Origin: an uncultured Fibrobacterota bacterium
GTDB lineage: Bacteria; Fibrobacterota; Chitinivibrionia; Chitinivibrionales; FEN-1185
Reading direction: 5' to 3'
DNA: 64,000 nucleotides
NCBI GenBank assembly: GCA_963729895.1
Contig: CAVSQB010000003.1
Span: 147,868-211,867, forward strand
Shown here: positions 1 through 10,334 of the stretch, piece after piece
Layout of the letters: every line of letters starts with the position of its first letter
How positions within the stretch are numbered: the first letter of the stretch is position 1
The notes under the pieces: model-generated
Database searches by the model: none
The model's input: only the letters and a program-made list of their open reading frames with translations
Told to the model about the DNA's origin: nothing
Position numbers and translations under genes: made by a program

Positions 1-428
1 TTCTTGAAGCTCATTTCGGAAGATTTCTTCCCGTCCGGAAAGTAGGCGGTTGCGGCGCCGAGCGGAGTGTCAAGCGCGTATGCCGCCTCGCTCTTGAGCT
101 TGCCGTCCTCATACCACGACATGTCTTTCCCGTTCTTCTTCCCGTCTCTGTATGCGGTCTCTATGAAGCGCTTGCCGTTGGGATAATTGCCGATCATGAC
201 GCTGTCTGGTTTTCCCTTGCTGTAATGCGTGTCCGACTGAATGCTGCCGTCGGGAAAATAGTATACCGTTCTCACAACGTCCTTCTTGGCGCCCACCACC
301 ATGAAATAGTTCTCCTTTTTCTTGGCTCCGGTGGGATACTTGTCGGTCACCTCGGATCGCATCTCGGGCTTGGAGCATCCGGCAATTATCAGCGCACCGC
401 AAACGGCAATCACCATGGTCCAACGCAT
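1..428 (-). CDS. Lipoprotein with MORN-variant/YwqK-type repeats (3' end outside the window)
   Basis: Manual translation from ATG at 428 gives MRWTMVIAVCGALIIAGCSKPE (lipobox IAGC), followed by repeats such as YYFPDGSIQSDTHYSKGK, NYPNGKRFIETAYRDGKKNG and WYEDGKLKSE. Not in the ORF track because it has no stop inside the window. Confidence 0.75.
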   Translation of the reverse strand, partial: MRWTMVIAVCGALIIAGCSKPEMRSEVTDKYPTGAKKKENYFMVVGAKKDVVRTVYYFPDGSIQSDTHYSKGKPDSVMIGNYPNGKRFIETAYRDGKKNGKDMSWYEDGKLKSEAAYALDTPLGAATAYFPDGKKSSEMSFK

Positions 429-651
429 ACGCTCTCCTTTTCTGGAAGGTTCAACGCTGTCTTTTCAAGAAAATATATTTCCACACCTCAAATTGGAAAT
501 CCGGGCTTTTTTATTATTATGGCAGGATGCGGCATCGTTGTCAACCTTTTTGCTCCCTTGCGACATTGCCGCTGTGGAGGAACAAAGGAGAAATTATATT
601 TTCTATTGTTCACCGCAGCTCGTTCGCTCATCAGGAACATGGAATGGAACC

Positions 652-1416
652 ATGAAATTCCGCCCCTGCATAGATTTGCACGAAGGAAAAGTGAAGCAGA
701 TCGTGGGCAGCACGCTGTCCGACGCGAAGCCCGGCGGCCTTGTCACCAATTTCACCAGCGACCTCCCTGCCGCGCATTTCGCGGCCCTGTACAAACGCGA
801 CGGCCTCTGTGGTGGGCATGTGATTATGATGGGCCCGGGAAACGAGGACGCGGCTGCCGCGGCGCTTCAGGAGTTTCCCGGCGGATTTCACGTAGGCGGA
901 GGCATCACGCCGGACAACGCCCGGCGCTTCATCGGCCAGGGCGCATCGCACGTGATCGTGACGTCATTCGTGTTCACGGACGGCCTGTTGTCCTGGCGGA
1001 ACCTCGAATCAATGGTCGCGGCAGTGGGCAGGGAGCGGCTCGTGCTCGATCTCAGTTGCCTGCGCCGGGACAACGTCTACTACATAGCAACGGACCGCTG
1101 GCAGCGGCTGACGTCGGTCGCCGTGTCGAAAGACACGCTCGAAAAGCTTGCCGGATATTGCGATGAATTCCTTGTCCATGCGGCTGACGTGGAGGGAAAA
1201 CGCTCCGGCATCGACGGCGGTCTTGTGGCGCTGCTCGGCGCATCTTCACCCTTGCCCGTTACCTACGCGGGCGGCATCCGGTCGCTTGACGACCTCGAAA
1301 GCGTGCGTGTTCTTGGAAAAGGCCGCGTGGACGCAACGGTCGGCAGCGCGCTCGACATTTTCGGCGGAACGCTGCCCTATGCCGAGGTCGTGGCATGGCA
1401 CGCGAGGCAACAATAG
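652..1416 (+). CDS. hisA: ProFAR isomerase, His6/eukaryote-type HisA
   Basis: MKFRPCIDLHEGKVKQIVG, GGHVIMMG, VGGGIT, LVHAADVEGK, TYAGG and ATVGSALDIFGG motifs; start placed at ATG 652. Confidence 0.9.
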   Translation: MKFRPCIDLHEGKVKQIVGSTLSDAKPGGLVTNFTSDLPAAHFAALYKRDGLCGGHVIMMGPGNEDAAAAALQEFPGGFHVGGGITPDNARRFIGQGASHVIVTSFVFTDGLLSWRNLESMVAAVGRERLVLDLSCLRRDNVYYIATDRWQRLTSVAVSKDTLEKLAGYCDEFLVHAADVEGKRSGIDGGLVALLGASSPLPVTYAGGIRSLDDLESVRVLGKGRVDATVGSALDIFGGTLPYAEVVAWHARQQ

Positions 1417-1546
1417 TTTCTTTCGGGCACCCTCGCGACATTCCTGACCCTTATCCGCACCCTGATAATAAACTATTTTCATCACGCATAATCGGTGTTT
1501 TTCACCGTAGTCTTGTGCTTACCATCCTACTCAAGAAAGGGCATCC

Positions 1547-2407
1547 ATGAATATCGCAAAAACCACGCTTCTTCTCGGCGTCCTCACCTGCATCCTTGTT
1601 CTGATCGGCCAGTTTGTCGGCGGCCCCAGGGGCGCAATCGGATTCTTCTTGTTCGCCGCTGTCATGAATCTTGTCTCCTACTGGTTTTCCGACAAGCTCG
1701 TTCTCATGACAACCGGGGCAAAACAGGTGGGCGAAAACGATGCGCCGGTCCTCTTCCGCGTGGTGAGACGGCTCGCACAGCAGGGCGACCTGCCGATGCC
1801 GAAAGTTTACATAGTGGATAACCCTTCGCCCAACGCGTTTGCCACGGGCCGTAATCCGCAGCATGCCTCGGTCGCGGCCACCACAGGCATCCTCGCCATT
1901 CTCAGCGAAGACGAGCTTGAGGGAGTGATGGCGCACGAGCTTTCCCATGTCAAGAACCGCGACATTCTGCTATCGAGCATCGCCGCCACGATCGCGGGCG
2001 CCATTACCATGATCGGCAACGCCCTGCAATGGGGCGCCATGTTCGGCGGCGCGTCCGCGGGCCGCGACGATGACGACCGGGGCGGCATGATCGGCATGAT
2101 CGCCATGGCAATCCTTGCACCGATCGCGGCAATGATCGTTCAGCTCGCCATTTCACGCTCGCGCGAATACGCGGCGGACGCCGCGGGCGCCCGGCTGTGC
2201 CATAAGCCACTGTCCCTGGCCCACGCGCTCGGCAAGCTGGAGAATTCCGTGAAGATGATCCCCATGCAGGGCGGGAATCCGTCAACCGCGCACCTATTCA
2301 TCGTCAATCCGTTCAGGGGCGGACTGCTGGGCTTGTTTTCAACCCACCCGCCGATGGAGGAGAGAATCAGGAGGCTGGAGGCAATGGCGAGTCAATCTAA
2401 TTTATAA
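1547..2407 (+). CDS. htpX: Membrane zinc metalloprotease HtpX (M48)
   Basis: [15 protein letters not shown] (HEXXH), SRSREYAAD and STHPP motifs; N-terminal TM helices. Confidence 0.95.
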   Translation: MNIAKTTLLLGVLTCILVLIGQFVGGPRGAIGFFLFAAVMNLVSYWFSDKLVLMTTGAKQVGENDAPVLFRVVRRLAQQGDLPMPKVYIVDNPSPNAFATGRNPQHASVAATTGILAILSEDELEGVMAHELSHVKNRDILLSSIAATIAGAITMIGNALQWGAMFGGASAGRDDDDRGGMIGMIAMAILAPIAAMIVQLAISRSREYAADAAGARLCHKPLSLAHALGKLENSVKMIPMQGGNPSTAHLFIVNPFRGGLLGLFSTHPPMEERIRRLEAMASQSNL

Positions 2408-2553
2408 ATTATCGGAGGAGAGGTATCTCCCCCGGCCTCAGCCTCCTCGTCCCTGACGGGACTGCGAGGTCTTCGGCACTCGCCTCTCTGTTGGGTAGCC
2501 CCCAAGGAAGTCGATCTGCGAGAAAGAAACGTGTACTGGGCCACCAAGAAAAA

Positions 2554-2585
2554 GAGTTGAAAAGTTGAATGGTTGAGAAGTTGAA
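2554..2585. repeat. 8-bp tandem repeat (four copies of NNGTTGAR)
   Basis: GAGTTGAA AAGTTGAA TGGTTGAG AAGTTGAA. Confidence 0.7.
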
Positions 2586-2690
2586 GAATTTGATATTCAA
2601 AGGGGATGCCCACACCAATTCGTTGCGGATGCCAAACTGCGGGAGAAGAATCGTTTGACTGATAGGAATTCTGTTGCCGCGCGTTAGGTA

Positions 2691-2842
2691 GGACTGGAGG
2701 CCGCGCTAGAGCGCGGTGCCGCCTGACCACGGCCCGCAGGGTCATAGTGGCAGGCGGCCCGAGGCCGAAGGCCGAGACCGGAAGGAGGGCCGACCCCTTG
2801 GTGGGCGCGCAGGGTAAAGCGCCCCACCAAGGGGAACGCCCA
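2691..2842. repeat. GC-rich multi-hairpin intergenic element (REP/MITE-like)
   Basis: Consecutive inverted repeats: CCGCGCT/AGCGCGG, GCCGCCTG..CAGGCGGC and CCCCTTGGTGGG..CCCACCAAGGGG. Confidence 0.55.
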
Positions 2843-2853
2843 AATCTTAGATT

Positions 2854-3312
2854 TTATCGGGCTATAGCTACTTGTTTTAGCTCTATTCCCGCCTGCCCCG
2901 CAACCTCGATCACATGCTGGTCCCGATAGAATTCCAGGTAAAAGATCCTCCGTATGCCGCTGTTGGCAATGAGCTTGAAGCAATGCCAGCAGGGCGAGGC
3001 GGTGATGTAGATGTCTGCGCCGTCAACCGCGACGCCGTTCTTGGCCGCTTGGATGATCGCATTCGCCTCCGCATGCACCGTGGCGATGCAGTGCCCGTTT
3101 TCCATGGTGTGGCCCACATCGTCGCAGTGGGGCATGCCGCGAACGCTGCCGTTGTAACCCGTTGACAGGATTGTCTTGTCGCGCACGATCACCGCTCCCA
3201 CGTTCTTGCGGTCGCAGGTGGAGCGGGTGGCCACCTGCCGGGCAATCCTCATGAAGTATTCGTCCCATGGCGCGCGCGTTCGCCTGCGCACCGTCTGTTT
3301 CTTGTTCGTCAT
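2854..3312 (-). CDS. dCMP deaminase / ComEB-like deaminase
   Basis: RSTC, GYNG, HAEANA and PCWHC zinc motifs. Confidence 0.9.
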   Translation of the reverse strand: MTNKKQTVRRRTRAPWDEYFMRIARQVATRSTCDRKNVGAVIVRDKTILSTGYNGSVRGMPHCDDVGHTMENGHCIATVHAEANAIIQAAKNGVAVDGADIYITASPCWHCFKLIANSGIRRIFYLEFYRDQHVIEVAGQAGIELKQVAIAR

Positions 3313-3326
3313 GATATTCCCCTTTG

Positions 3327-3785
3327 TTATTGCGAACCGTCTACGGTGTCGATCTGCCGCACCCGTGTTTCGTGGCGGCCGCCCTCAAACGGTGTTTCCA
3401 GCCAGGCGTCCAGGATCTGCGCGGCCGTTTCGGTTGAAGTGATCCGTGCCCCCATTGCAAGCACGTTTGCGTCGTTGTGCTGCCTGGAAAGCATGGCCAT
3501 TTGCGGGGTGACGCAGAGGGCCGCGCGCACCTTCTTGAAGCGGTTTGCCACCATGGACGCGCCGATACCCGACCCGCACACCACGATTCCCCTGCTGAAT
3601 GTCCCGTTGGACACCCTGGAGGCCGCCCGCGCGATGAGGATGGGATAATCGCTCTTTTCCTCGTTGAATACGCCAACGTCTTCGCAAGGGATGGACCGTT
3701 TTTGGAGCTCTTTCTTGATGAATTCCTTTAGTTTGAACCCGGCATGGTCGGAGCCAACGACTATTGCGTTTCCTTTTCCCGGCAC
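3327..3785 (-). CDS. rpiB: Ribose-5-phosphate isomerase B
   Basis: GSDHAG, CGSGIG, HNDANVL and FEGGRH motifs. Start is uncertain; GTG 3785 chosen because it follows AAAGGA. Confidence 0.9.
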   Translation of the reverse strand: MPGKGNAIVVGSDHAGFKLKEFIKKELQKRSIPCEDVGVFNEEKSDYPILIARAASRVSNGTFSRGIVVCGSGIGASMVANRFKKVRAALCVTPQMAMLSRQHNDANVLAMGARITSTETAAQILDAWLETPFEGGRHETRVRQIDTVDGSQ

Positions 3786-3914
3786 TGTGCGTCCTTTCGA
3801 TTCCTGCGAAAGCTCTGTTCCATGATTTATGTTATTCCCCGGGAACAGTGCTCTTAAAATAGATTTCACCCCCTGTAACATCGAGCCATTTTTTTTTGTC
3901 CAATAGAGTGAAAA

Positions 3915-4442
3915 ATGAAAGAACTCGACGATCTCACGATACAGCGTGCAAAGAAGGGCGATCGAGCATCTTTCAGGACTTTGTACGATTATTATGCGCC
4001 GTTTTCGTGGAAAATTGCTTTTAGAACAATGCACGGAGATTCTCAGGGGGCGGCGGAGGCGGTACAGGAAACATTCATACGGGTGCACAATGCACTTTCG
4101 AAGTTCAGCGGCGGTGCTGCGTTTTCAACATGGGTATTCAGGATAACCTACAACGCATGCATGACCCTGCTTTCAAAGCAAAGCCGCCGGAACGAAATGC
4201 AGGAACTTGATGAGGACACGGGGCCAACGGTTTCTACAGCGGAGAATGTCGACATGAAAGAGGACATGCAGAGAATCCTCAAGAGCATTTCGCCGGAAGA
4301 ACGGTTTCTTCTTACCGGACGGGAAGTGTTGGGTTTTTCGTTTGAGGAGCTTTCCGACATCACCGGAAAGAACGCCGGCAGCCTTCGAACGCAGCTTTTT
4401 AGGCTCAAGGAACAGATCCGGAAAAGGTTCGGGGAGGAATAA
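3915..4442 (+). CDS. ECF-type RNA polymerase sigma factor
   Basis: Region 2 (AEAVQETFIRV..FSTWVFRITYNAC) and region 4 HTH (GFSFEELSDITG..LFRLK). Confidence 0.9.
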   Translation: MKELDDLTIQRAKKGDRASFRTLYDYYAPFSWKIAFRTMHGDSQGAAEAVQETFIRVHNALSKFSGGAAFSTWVFRITYNACMTLLSKQSRRNEMQELDEDTGPTVSTAENVDMKEDMQRILKSISPEERFLLTGREVLGFSFEELSDITGKNAGSLRTQLFRLKEQIRKRFGEE

Positions 4443-4774
4443 TGGAACAGAATACCGACAATCAATTGCCCGCACGCGCCTTTGAAGCTCTGACGGATAT
4501 TCCGCCGATCCCGGTGCATGTGTACGGCGCCGTCATGCGGAACATCGGGAGGAGAAGGATACTGGTTCGCGCCGTGTTTTCAGTTGCGGCATCGGTGCTT
4601 ATCGCCGTGTCCGCGTTTACCGTCACCGCATATCGCATGTCGACGCAGCGCGCGCCCTATGCGCCCGAGGTGGCGGAGGAATTGCAGGGGGTCAACAGTT
4701 ACATCAACAACGACGTATATCGGGAAAATGCGAATTCGTATGGATATTACGAAGAAGTTCTTTACCAGGAATAG
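4442..4774 (+). CDS. Small single-TM protein, probable anti-sigma factor
   Basis: Overlaps the ECF stop (TAATG) and has one TM segment (AVFSVAASVLIAVSAFTV). Function inferred from context. Confidence 0.6.
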   Translation: MEQNTDNQLPARAFEALTDIPPIPVHVYGAVMRNIGRRRILVRAVFSVAASVLIAVSAFTVTAYRMSTQRAPYAPEVAEELQGVNSYINNDVYRENANSYGYYEEVLYQE

Positions 4775-4790
4775 CGAGTCGGAGGTCACT

Positions 4791-5279
4791 ATGCGTATCG
4801 GAATAGCAGGCTTCGCCGTTGTCTTTTTCCTGATTGCCGGAGCGTCGCCCGCGTTGTGCGCGAGCGATTCAGCCTCTCTCTCGAGGGACTCAACGCGGCA
4901 CAGATTGTGGGCGCAGCTTAATCTCACGGAAGATCAGAAAGCCAAGCTCAAAGGCATGCGCAGTGAAATGCGCGAATTTCGCAAACAGAATTTCGAGAAA
5001 ATGAAGGCCCTGCTCGACAAGAGCAAGGAAGAACTGCTCAAGCCCTCGCCCAGCAAAACCGTTTTGTACGGCTATGCAAAGGAGATGGGCGAACTTCACA
5101 AGGCAATGTCCGAACACATGGCCAACCACATGCTTACCATAAAGTCGGTTCTTACAAAAGAACAGTTTGCGAAACTTCTGAGCAACGAATTTCACCCTCC
5201 CATGGGCGGCGGACATACCGGAAGCCACGACGGTCCGCCGGCCGGCGCGGGTCACCGGGCCGATTCCGACGACGACTGA
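4791..5279 (+). CDS. Spy/CpxP-family periplasmic protein
   Basis: GGAGG RBS and signal peptide; LNLTEDQK and VLTKEQF (LTxxQ) motifs. Confidence 0.8.
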   Translation: MRIGIAGFAVVFFLIAGASPALCASDSASLSRDSTRHRLWAQLNLTEDQKAKLKGMRSEMREFRKQNFEKMKALLDKSKEELLKPSPSKTVLYGYAKEMGELHKAMSEHMANHMLTIKSVLTKEQFAKLLSNEFHPPMGGGHTGSHDGPPAGAGHRADSDDD

Positions 5280-5301
5280 TCAACTCCTGTTTCGGTTGCA
5301 G

Positions 5302-5347
5302 AGAAATGCCGAACGCCGCGTCTGTCAACGCGGCGTTCGGCATTTCT
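5302..5347. terminator. Perfect 20-bp-stem hairpin between convergent genes (probable bidirectional terminator)
   Basis: AGAAATGCCGAACGCCGCGT-ctgtca-ACGCGGCGTTCGGCATTTCT. Confidence 0.75.
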
Positions 5348-6296
5348 ATTCCAAAGGTTCCGGCGCGGGCGATTGCCGCGCGCCGGCGCGCGGGTGGGCT
5401 TGCCGGTACGTCCTGAGCAGGTGTTCCTTTGACATGTGCGTATAGATCTGCGTTGTGGACAACGACGAATGGCCCAGCAGTTCCTTGACGGCCCGGATGT
5501 CGGCCCCCCTGTCGAGCAGGTGCGTTGCGAACGAATGGCGCAGCACATGCGGGCTTCGCTTCTTCTGCTGGGTGACGGCCGACAGCTCGGCCGACACGAT
5601 CCGCTCTATTTGCCTGCGGGACAGGCGCCGTCCCGCGCCGTTTGTGAACAAAGGGGTGTCAGCCGCCTTCGGCGCCGGCTGCGCCGGCCGGGCGCTCAGG
5701 TATTCCCGTATCGCAGAAACGGCGCTATCCGTTACGGGAACCACTCGTTCCTTTCTCCCCTTGCCGAGCACGCGCACGCTTGCGCGCTTGTAGTCGATGG
5801 TGCCCGCGTTCAGCCCATGCAGTTCGGCAAGGCGCAACCCGGCGCCGTACAAGAGCTCCACAATGGCGCGGCTTCTCAAAAAGTCGAGAGGGTGATTCGG
5901 GTCTCCTTTTCCCGCAGGGGATGCGAGTTGCCTTGCCTGCGTCTCCGTAAGAAACGCGGGAAGCGGCTTGTCGAGTTTGGGGTTTGCCAGAAGTTTTGCC
6001 GGACTGGCGGTTAGGATATGCCGCTTGACGCAGAACTTTGAAAACGATTTGAGAGCAGCCACTTTGCGTGCCATTGAGCGGGATTTGAGGCCCTGTTCAC
6101 CCAGCGTATAGGTAAAATCCCGCAAAACGCTCTTCTTCATGATATCTTCAAATGCGGCATTTGCAAGGTTTTGGGCAACAAACGAGCCGAACTGGGCAAG
6201 GTCTGTTTTGTACGCTTCAACTGTGTGGCTGGAATAGCCCTTCTCTTTCAGCAGATAGTCAAGGAAGGAGGCGACGTGATCCTGGAAGGTGCTCAC
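5346..6296 (-). CDS. xerC: Tyrosine recombinase XerC
   Basis: SxHTVEAY N-terminus, LYGAGLRLAEL, GKGRKER, SPHVLRHSFATHLL, LLGHSSLSTTQIY and AHPRA. Confidence 0.9.
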   Translation of the reverse strand: MSTFQDHVASFLDYLLKEKGYSSHTVEAYKTDLAQFGSFVAQNLANAAFEDIMKKSVLRDFTYTLGEQGLKSRSMARKVAALKSFSKFCVKRHILTASPAKLLANPKLDKPLPAFLTETQARQLASPAGKGDPNHPLDFLRSRAIVELLYGAGLRLAELHGLNAGTIDYKRASVRVLGKGRKERVVPVTDSAVSAIREYLSARPAQPAPKAADTPLFTNGAGRRLSRRQIERIVSAELSAVTQQKKRSPHVLRHSFATHLLDRGADIRAVKELLGHSSLSTTQIYTHMSKEHLLRTYRQAHPRAGARQSPAPEPLE

Positions 6297-6401
6297 AAAT
6301 ATGATTCCTTTCAGATATCTGTGCGTTCCTTAGAAAAATATTACGGCATGCGGGAATATCAAATACAAATCGCGCAGAGGGGGCAGCAATATCCGAGTAC
6401 G

Positions 6402-6540
6402 ATTTTGGATTGCTGAGCCGGTGCGGCGAATATCAAAATGAAGATCCTTTTTTTGTGTGCTGAGCGGGTGCCCCACAGCCAAGGATTGGATTCTTGAAAC
6501 TCAACTTTCTTTGGGGTCACCCGGCACTGCTATCCAAATG
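6402..6540. repeat. Short copy of a dispersed MITE-like element (family A)
   Basis: Left end ATTTTGGATTGCTGAGC is the reverse complement of 14531-14547. 6458-6540 resembles the reverse complement of 14129-14210. Confidence 0.7.
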
Positions 6541-6645
6541 AATTTCTTTGTCTTGATTTCCGATTCAGTACTCCAGATTAATTATTTTATTCTGATAAGC
6601 TGGTCGCAAGGATTCACTCCCGAAAATCAATGAAAGGATCCGTCT

Positions 6646-7062
6646 ATGGTATTCGGAAAGGACTTCTCAGTCCAAACACAGGGTTTCTCCGATGTTGTCG
6701 ATATCACCCCGGATGTCGAATCGATTATAAAAGAATCAAAGATCAATGACGGCGTGGCCACAGTCTTTGTCGTGGGTTCCACCGCGTCAATTTCCACCAT
6801 CGAATTCGAGCCTGCCCTCGCCGAGGACATGAAGGAACAGCTTAACGAGATTGTTCCCAGCACTTTGCGCAGCCGCCACTCCGAAACATGGGGCGACGAC
6901 AACGGCTTCTCTCACATCAGGGCCACGCTCATGGGGCCGGGAATCACGGTGCCGTTCCAGTCGGAAAGACTGGTTCTGGGGACGTGGCAGCAGATCGTGG
7001 TGATAGACCACGACAACCGGCCGCGTTCACGAAAAATCTTTGTCCAAGTGATCGGCGGGTAA
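6646..7062 (+). CDS. YjbQ/UPF0047 family protein
   Basis: GSTASI..IEFEP, DNGFSHIRA and LGTWQQI motifs. Confidence 0.9.
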   Translation: MVFGKDFSVQTQGFSDVVDITPDVESIIKESKINDGVATVFVVGSTASISTIEFEPALAEDMKEQLNEIVPSTLRSRHSETWGDDNGFSHIRATLMGPGITVPFQSERLVLGTWQQIVVIDHDNRPRSRKIFVQVIGG

Positions 7063-7170
7063 TTCGGAATTTCCGTCATATTTTATTTGACAACAGTTTT
7101 CCTTTTAATATTTTAGATTTAACAGTACAAGGGGCGTTAAAGGGTTTTCACCATTAACGAGGGAGGTTTT

Positions 7171-7863
7171 ATGAAGAAGTGTCTCATTACCTCATGCAGT
7201 GCCATATTGGCTTCAGTCCTGCTTCTGGCCTCAACCGCTTGGAGCGATGACGTGACTCCTCCGATTGCGGCAAATGCGAAGGCGGCGCTGTTTACTTTCA
7301 GCGGATTGTCAAACATAGCTGCGGGCGCCTTTAACGGCGGCCTTGGCGGGAAATATTACATATTGGATCCTCTCGCTCTTCGCGCAAGCCTGCTGTTTAG
7401 CCTTGCCGATCAGGGAACCCCGGCTCCTGCCGCGGGCGGAACGGCCGGCGATGCGAACACCTGGAGTGTCGGCCTCAATGTTGGGGCTGAGTATCATTTG
7501 CTGAAGACTCGAGTGAGCCCTTACGTAGGCGGTGCATTGGGGTTTGTGTCGACGTCGACTTCGGAAAAAGACGCGGTTCTCACCGGAGCCCCTCAGTATA
7601 CAGTAACGAATGCCCCGGTAATAATTAACGGCACAACCTATCCAGCCGGCGGCTTTAATTTCAACATAGCCGCGCTCGCCGGCGTCGAATTCTTTATTAT
7701 CAAGGAATTGAGCCTGAGCGCGGAATACCGGTTCGGGTATTCGGTGACCGCCCCCTACGATCAGAAAACCACCGAACCCAATGTCGCCCCAGTCAAGAAC
7801 GGCGCAATTACGAATTTCGGAATCTACGCAATCGGCGCACTTACTCTGGGCTTCTATTTCTAA
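7171..7863 (+). CDS. Outer membrane beta-barrel protein
   Basis: GGGAGG RBS, signal peptide, amphipathic beta strands (SPYVGG, GVEFF..LSLSAEY) and C-terminal LTLGFYF. Confidence 0.8.
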   Translation: MKKCLITSCSAILASVLLLASTAWSDDVTPPIAANAKAALFTFSGLSNIAAGAFNGGLGGKYYILDPLALRASLLFSLADQGTPAPAAGGTAGDANTWSVGLNVGAEYHLLKTRVSPYVGGALGFVSTSTSEKDAVLTGAPQYTVTNAPVIINGTTYPAGGFNFNIAALAGVEFFIIKELSLSAEYRFGYSVTAPYDQKTTEPNVAPVKNGAITNFGIYAIGALTLGFYF

Positions 7864-7891
7864 TCTAAAGAATTATTTTTCCCACCCTTCG

Positions 7892-7923
7892 GGCCGGAAA
7901 GACTGCCTTTCCGGCCTTTTTTT
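7892..7923 (+). terminator. Rho-independent terminator
   Basis: GGCCGGAAAG-actgc-CTTTCCGGCC followed by a T-run. Confidence 0.85.
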
Positions 7924-8031
7924 ATTGCCAGCCGTCCAACCTTTTGGTCTTCATTTGATGGGTGACAGATTGTATTTTCTCAAATCGTTCGCATCCCCGC
8001 AGAGATCGAACCCGGCAACAAGAAGGACGCC

Positions 8032-8919
8032 ATGAAAGGCATAATCCTGGCGGGCGGTTCAGGCACGCGGCTGTATCCCGTCACGCTCGCAGTATGCAAG
8101 CAGCTCATGCCCATTTACGACAAGCCGATGGTGTACTATCCGCTCACCATTCTCATGCTTGCGGGAATACGCGACATTCTTGTGATAAGCACGCCGCAGG
8201 ACATTGAGGCGTTCAGGCGCCTGCTGGGTGACGGAAGCCGGTGGGGGCTTCATCTTTCGTACGCGGTACAGCCGAAGCCCGAGGGAATCGCGCAGGCCTT
8301 TATTGTCGGAAGGGAATTCATCGGAAACGACGCCGTGGCGCTTATCCTCGGGGACAATATCTTCTGGGGCCACGGACTCATCGGCACGCTTGCCCAGGCG
8401 GCCGCAAAAAAAGACGGGGCAACCATTTTCGGGTACTGGGTGAACGACCCGGAGCGCTACGGCGTGGTGGAAATCGATTCGTCGGGAAAGCCGACAAACC
8501 TCGTTGAAAAACCGCAGAAGCCTTTGTCCCCGTACGCCGTGACAGGACTTTACTTCTACGACAACCGGGTGGCGCAGCTCGCAGCGCGCCTCAGGCCGTC
8601 CGCGCGCGGCGAGTTTGAAATAACGGACCTGAACCGGCTGTATCTACACGAAGGAAAGCTCGACGTTGTCCTCCTGGGCAGGGGCGTGGCCTGGCTCGAC
8701 ACCGGAACGCACGAGTCCATGCTCCAGGCGTCGGTCTTTGTCGAAACGATCCAGTCGCGCCAGGGACTCAAGGTCTCGTGCCCGGAAGAAATTGCGTTCA
8801 GGCTCGGCTACATCTCACGCGAACAGCTTGCGCGGCTCGCCGAACCCATGAAGAAAAACGGCTACGGCGGCTACCTTCTGCAACTCGCGTCCGGCGCGCG
8901 TGAGGGTGCGGCATCATGA
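8032..8919 (+). CDS. rfbA: Glucose-1-phosphate thymidylyltransferase
   Basis: [33 protein letters not shown] and AWLDTGT. Confidence 0.97.
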   Translation: MKGIILAGGSGTRLYPVTLAVCKQLMPIYDKPMVYYPLTILMLAGIRDILVISTPQDIEAFRRLLGDGSRWGLHLSYAVQPKPEGIAQAFIVGREFIGNDAVALILGDNIFWGHGLIGTLAQAAAKKDGATIFGYWVNDPERYGVVEIDSSGKPTNLVEKPQKPLSPYAVTGLYFYDNRVAQLAARLRPSARGEFEITDLNRLYLHEGKLDVVLLGRGVAWLDTGTHESMLQASVFVETIQSRQGLKVSCPEEIAFRLGYISREQLARLAEPMKKNGYGGYLLQLASGAREGAAS

Positions 8920-9461
8920 CCTTCACGGAAACGAAACTGCGCGGGGTGTGGGAACTGGAACCGCTTGTCCACGAAGACAAGCGCGGTTTCTTTCTTGAAT
9001 CGTTTTCCGCCCGCGACATGGAAGTGCGGGGCCTGCCGGCGTATTTTGTGCAGGACAATCACGCCCGCTCTCTGGCGGCAGGGGTTCTGAGGGGCCTTCA
9101 TTTTCAGGAGCCGCCTTTTGCGCAATGCAAGCTCGTCCGCGTCGTGCGCGGGAGCGTGTACGACGTGGTGGTGGACCTGCGCAGGCAGTCTCCGACCTTC
9201 GGCGCGTGGCTCGGACTCACCCTGAGCGAAGAGAACAAAAAAATGCTTTTTGTTCCCCGGGGGTTTGCCCACGGCTATTGCACCATGGCCCCCGACACCG
9301 AATTTCTTTACAAAGTAGATGCCTACTACGCTCCGCAGCACGACGCCGGCATTCGCTGGAACGACCCGGACATAGGCGTCGCGTGGCCGGTGGCGAGCCC
9401 CGTTATTTCCGACAAAGACGGAAAACTCCCGTTTCTGAAGGACATCGAGTCGCCGTTTTGA
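8916..9461 (+). CDS. rfbC: dTDP-4-dehydrorhamnose 3,5-epimerase
   Basis: [20 protein letters not shown] and [13 protein letters not shown] overlap with rfbA. Confidence 0.95.
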   Translation: MTFTETKLRGVWELEPLVHEDKRGFFLESFSARDMEVRGLPAYFVQDNHARSLAAGVLRGLHFQEPPFAQCKLVRVVRGSVYDVVVDLRRQSPTFGAWLGLTLSEENKKMLFVPRGFAHGYCTMAPDTEFLYKVDAYYAPQHDAGIRWNDPDIGVAWPVASPVISDKDGKLPFLKDIESPF

Positions 9462-9488
9462 CGGCAAAACCCTTGTGCGAAATGCAGG

Positions 9489-10319
9489 ATGAAAGATCAA
9501 ACCGACGGCCTCCCGAACCCGCTCAAAGTCGTTCTCGACTCCATCGGCTATATCACCTATTTCCTCGCCATTGCAGGGTTCCTGTGCATCGGGCTCCCGG
9601 TTCTTCTGATGTTTGCCGCGTGGCCCCCGGTCATGCGCACCATAATGTACACGGTGCTCAAGGGCTACGCGTTCTTCCTCACGCGACTCTGGCTGCCTGC
9701 CCTCCAGGTGTATTCGGTACGAGAAATAGCGGGATTCAACGAATCGGCGCTGCGCGGGTCGATTGTGGTGGCCAACCACAGGAGCAGGCTCGATGCCCCC
9801 CTCATGCTGTCGATCCTTCCGTACGCCGCCGTGGTCATCAAGCTGAAATACGCCCGCATTCCCGTGTACTCGTCCTTTGTCAAGCACCTCGATTTTGTGA
9901 GCATCGACCCGGACTCGCTGCAGTCGCTCGGCTCGGCAGTCGAAAAATGCCGCTCTGTGCTTGCAAAAGGGAAAAGCCTGCTCGTGTTTCCCGAGGGAAC
10001 GCGGGCAACGACGGGAAAGCTCCTTCCCTACAAGCCGTTCCCGTTCAAGGTAGCCCTCGAAACCGGCGCGCCGGTGGTCCCGGTTCTTATATATTCCGAT
10101 CTTGCTCTTATGGCGCGCCGCAAAGGAAGTATTTTCCCACGGCGCAGGTTTTCCTATGCCGTACGGTTCCTGCCGGCCTGCCGGCCCGAACCGGGTGAAA
10201 CGGCCGCGGCATTTGCGGAGCGGGTGCGCCGGATGATGGCCGGAGAGCTGGCCGTACTTGACAAAGGGACTCTCTGGGACCGCGGCCCGAACGCCGGCGA
10301 TGCATCGGGGAAATTGTAG
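9489..10319 (+). CDS. Lysophospholipid (PlsC-like) acyltransferase
   Basis: NHRSRLD (HX4D), VFPEGTR and PVVPV motifs; N-terminal TM. Confidence 0.88.
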   Translation: MKDQTDGLPNPLKVVLDSIGYITYFLAIAGFLCIGLPVLLMFAAWPPVMRTIMYTVLKGYAFFLTRLWLPALQVYSVREIAGFNESALRGSIVVANHRSRLDAPLMLSILPYAAVVIKLKYARIPVYSSFVKHLDFVSIDPDSLQSLGSAVEKCRSVLAKGKSLLVFPEGTRATTGKLLPYKPFPFKVALETGAPVVPVLIYSDLALMARRKGSIFPRRRFSYAVRFLPACRPEPGETAAAFAERVRRMMAGELAVLDKGTLWDRGPNAGDASGKL

Positions 10320-10334
10320 GATACAGGGGCACGT

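Noticed and set aside
5346..6296. Tyrosine recombinase as a prophage or integron integrase
   Set aside because: Length and motifs (AHPRA tail) fit chromosomal XerC; no phage genes or attC array nearby.
8032..9461. rfbA/rfbC as part of the lipid cluster
   Set aside because: They are co-oriented and only 27 bp from the acyltransferase, but no glycosyltransferase or rfbB/rfbD is adjacent. The link cannot be supported without synteny data.
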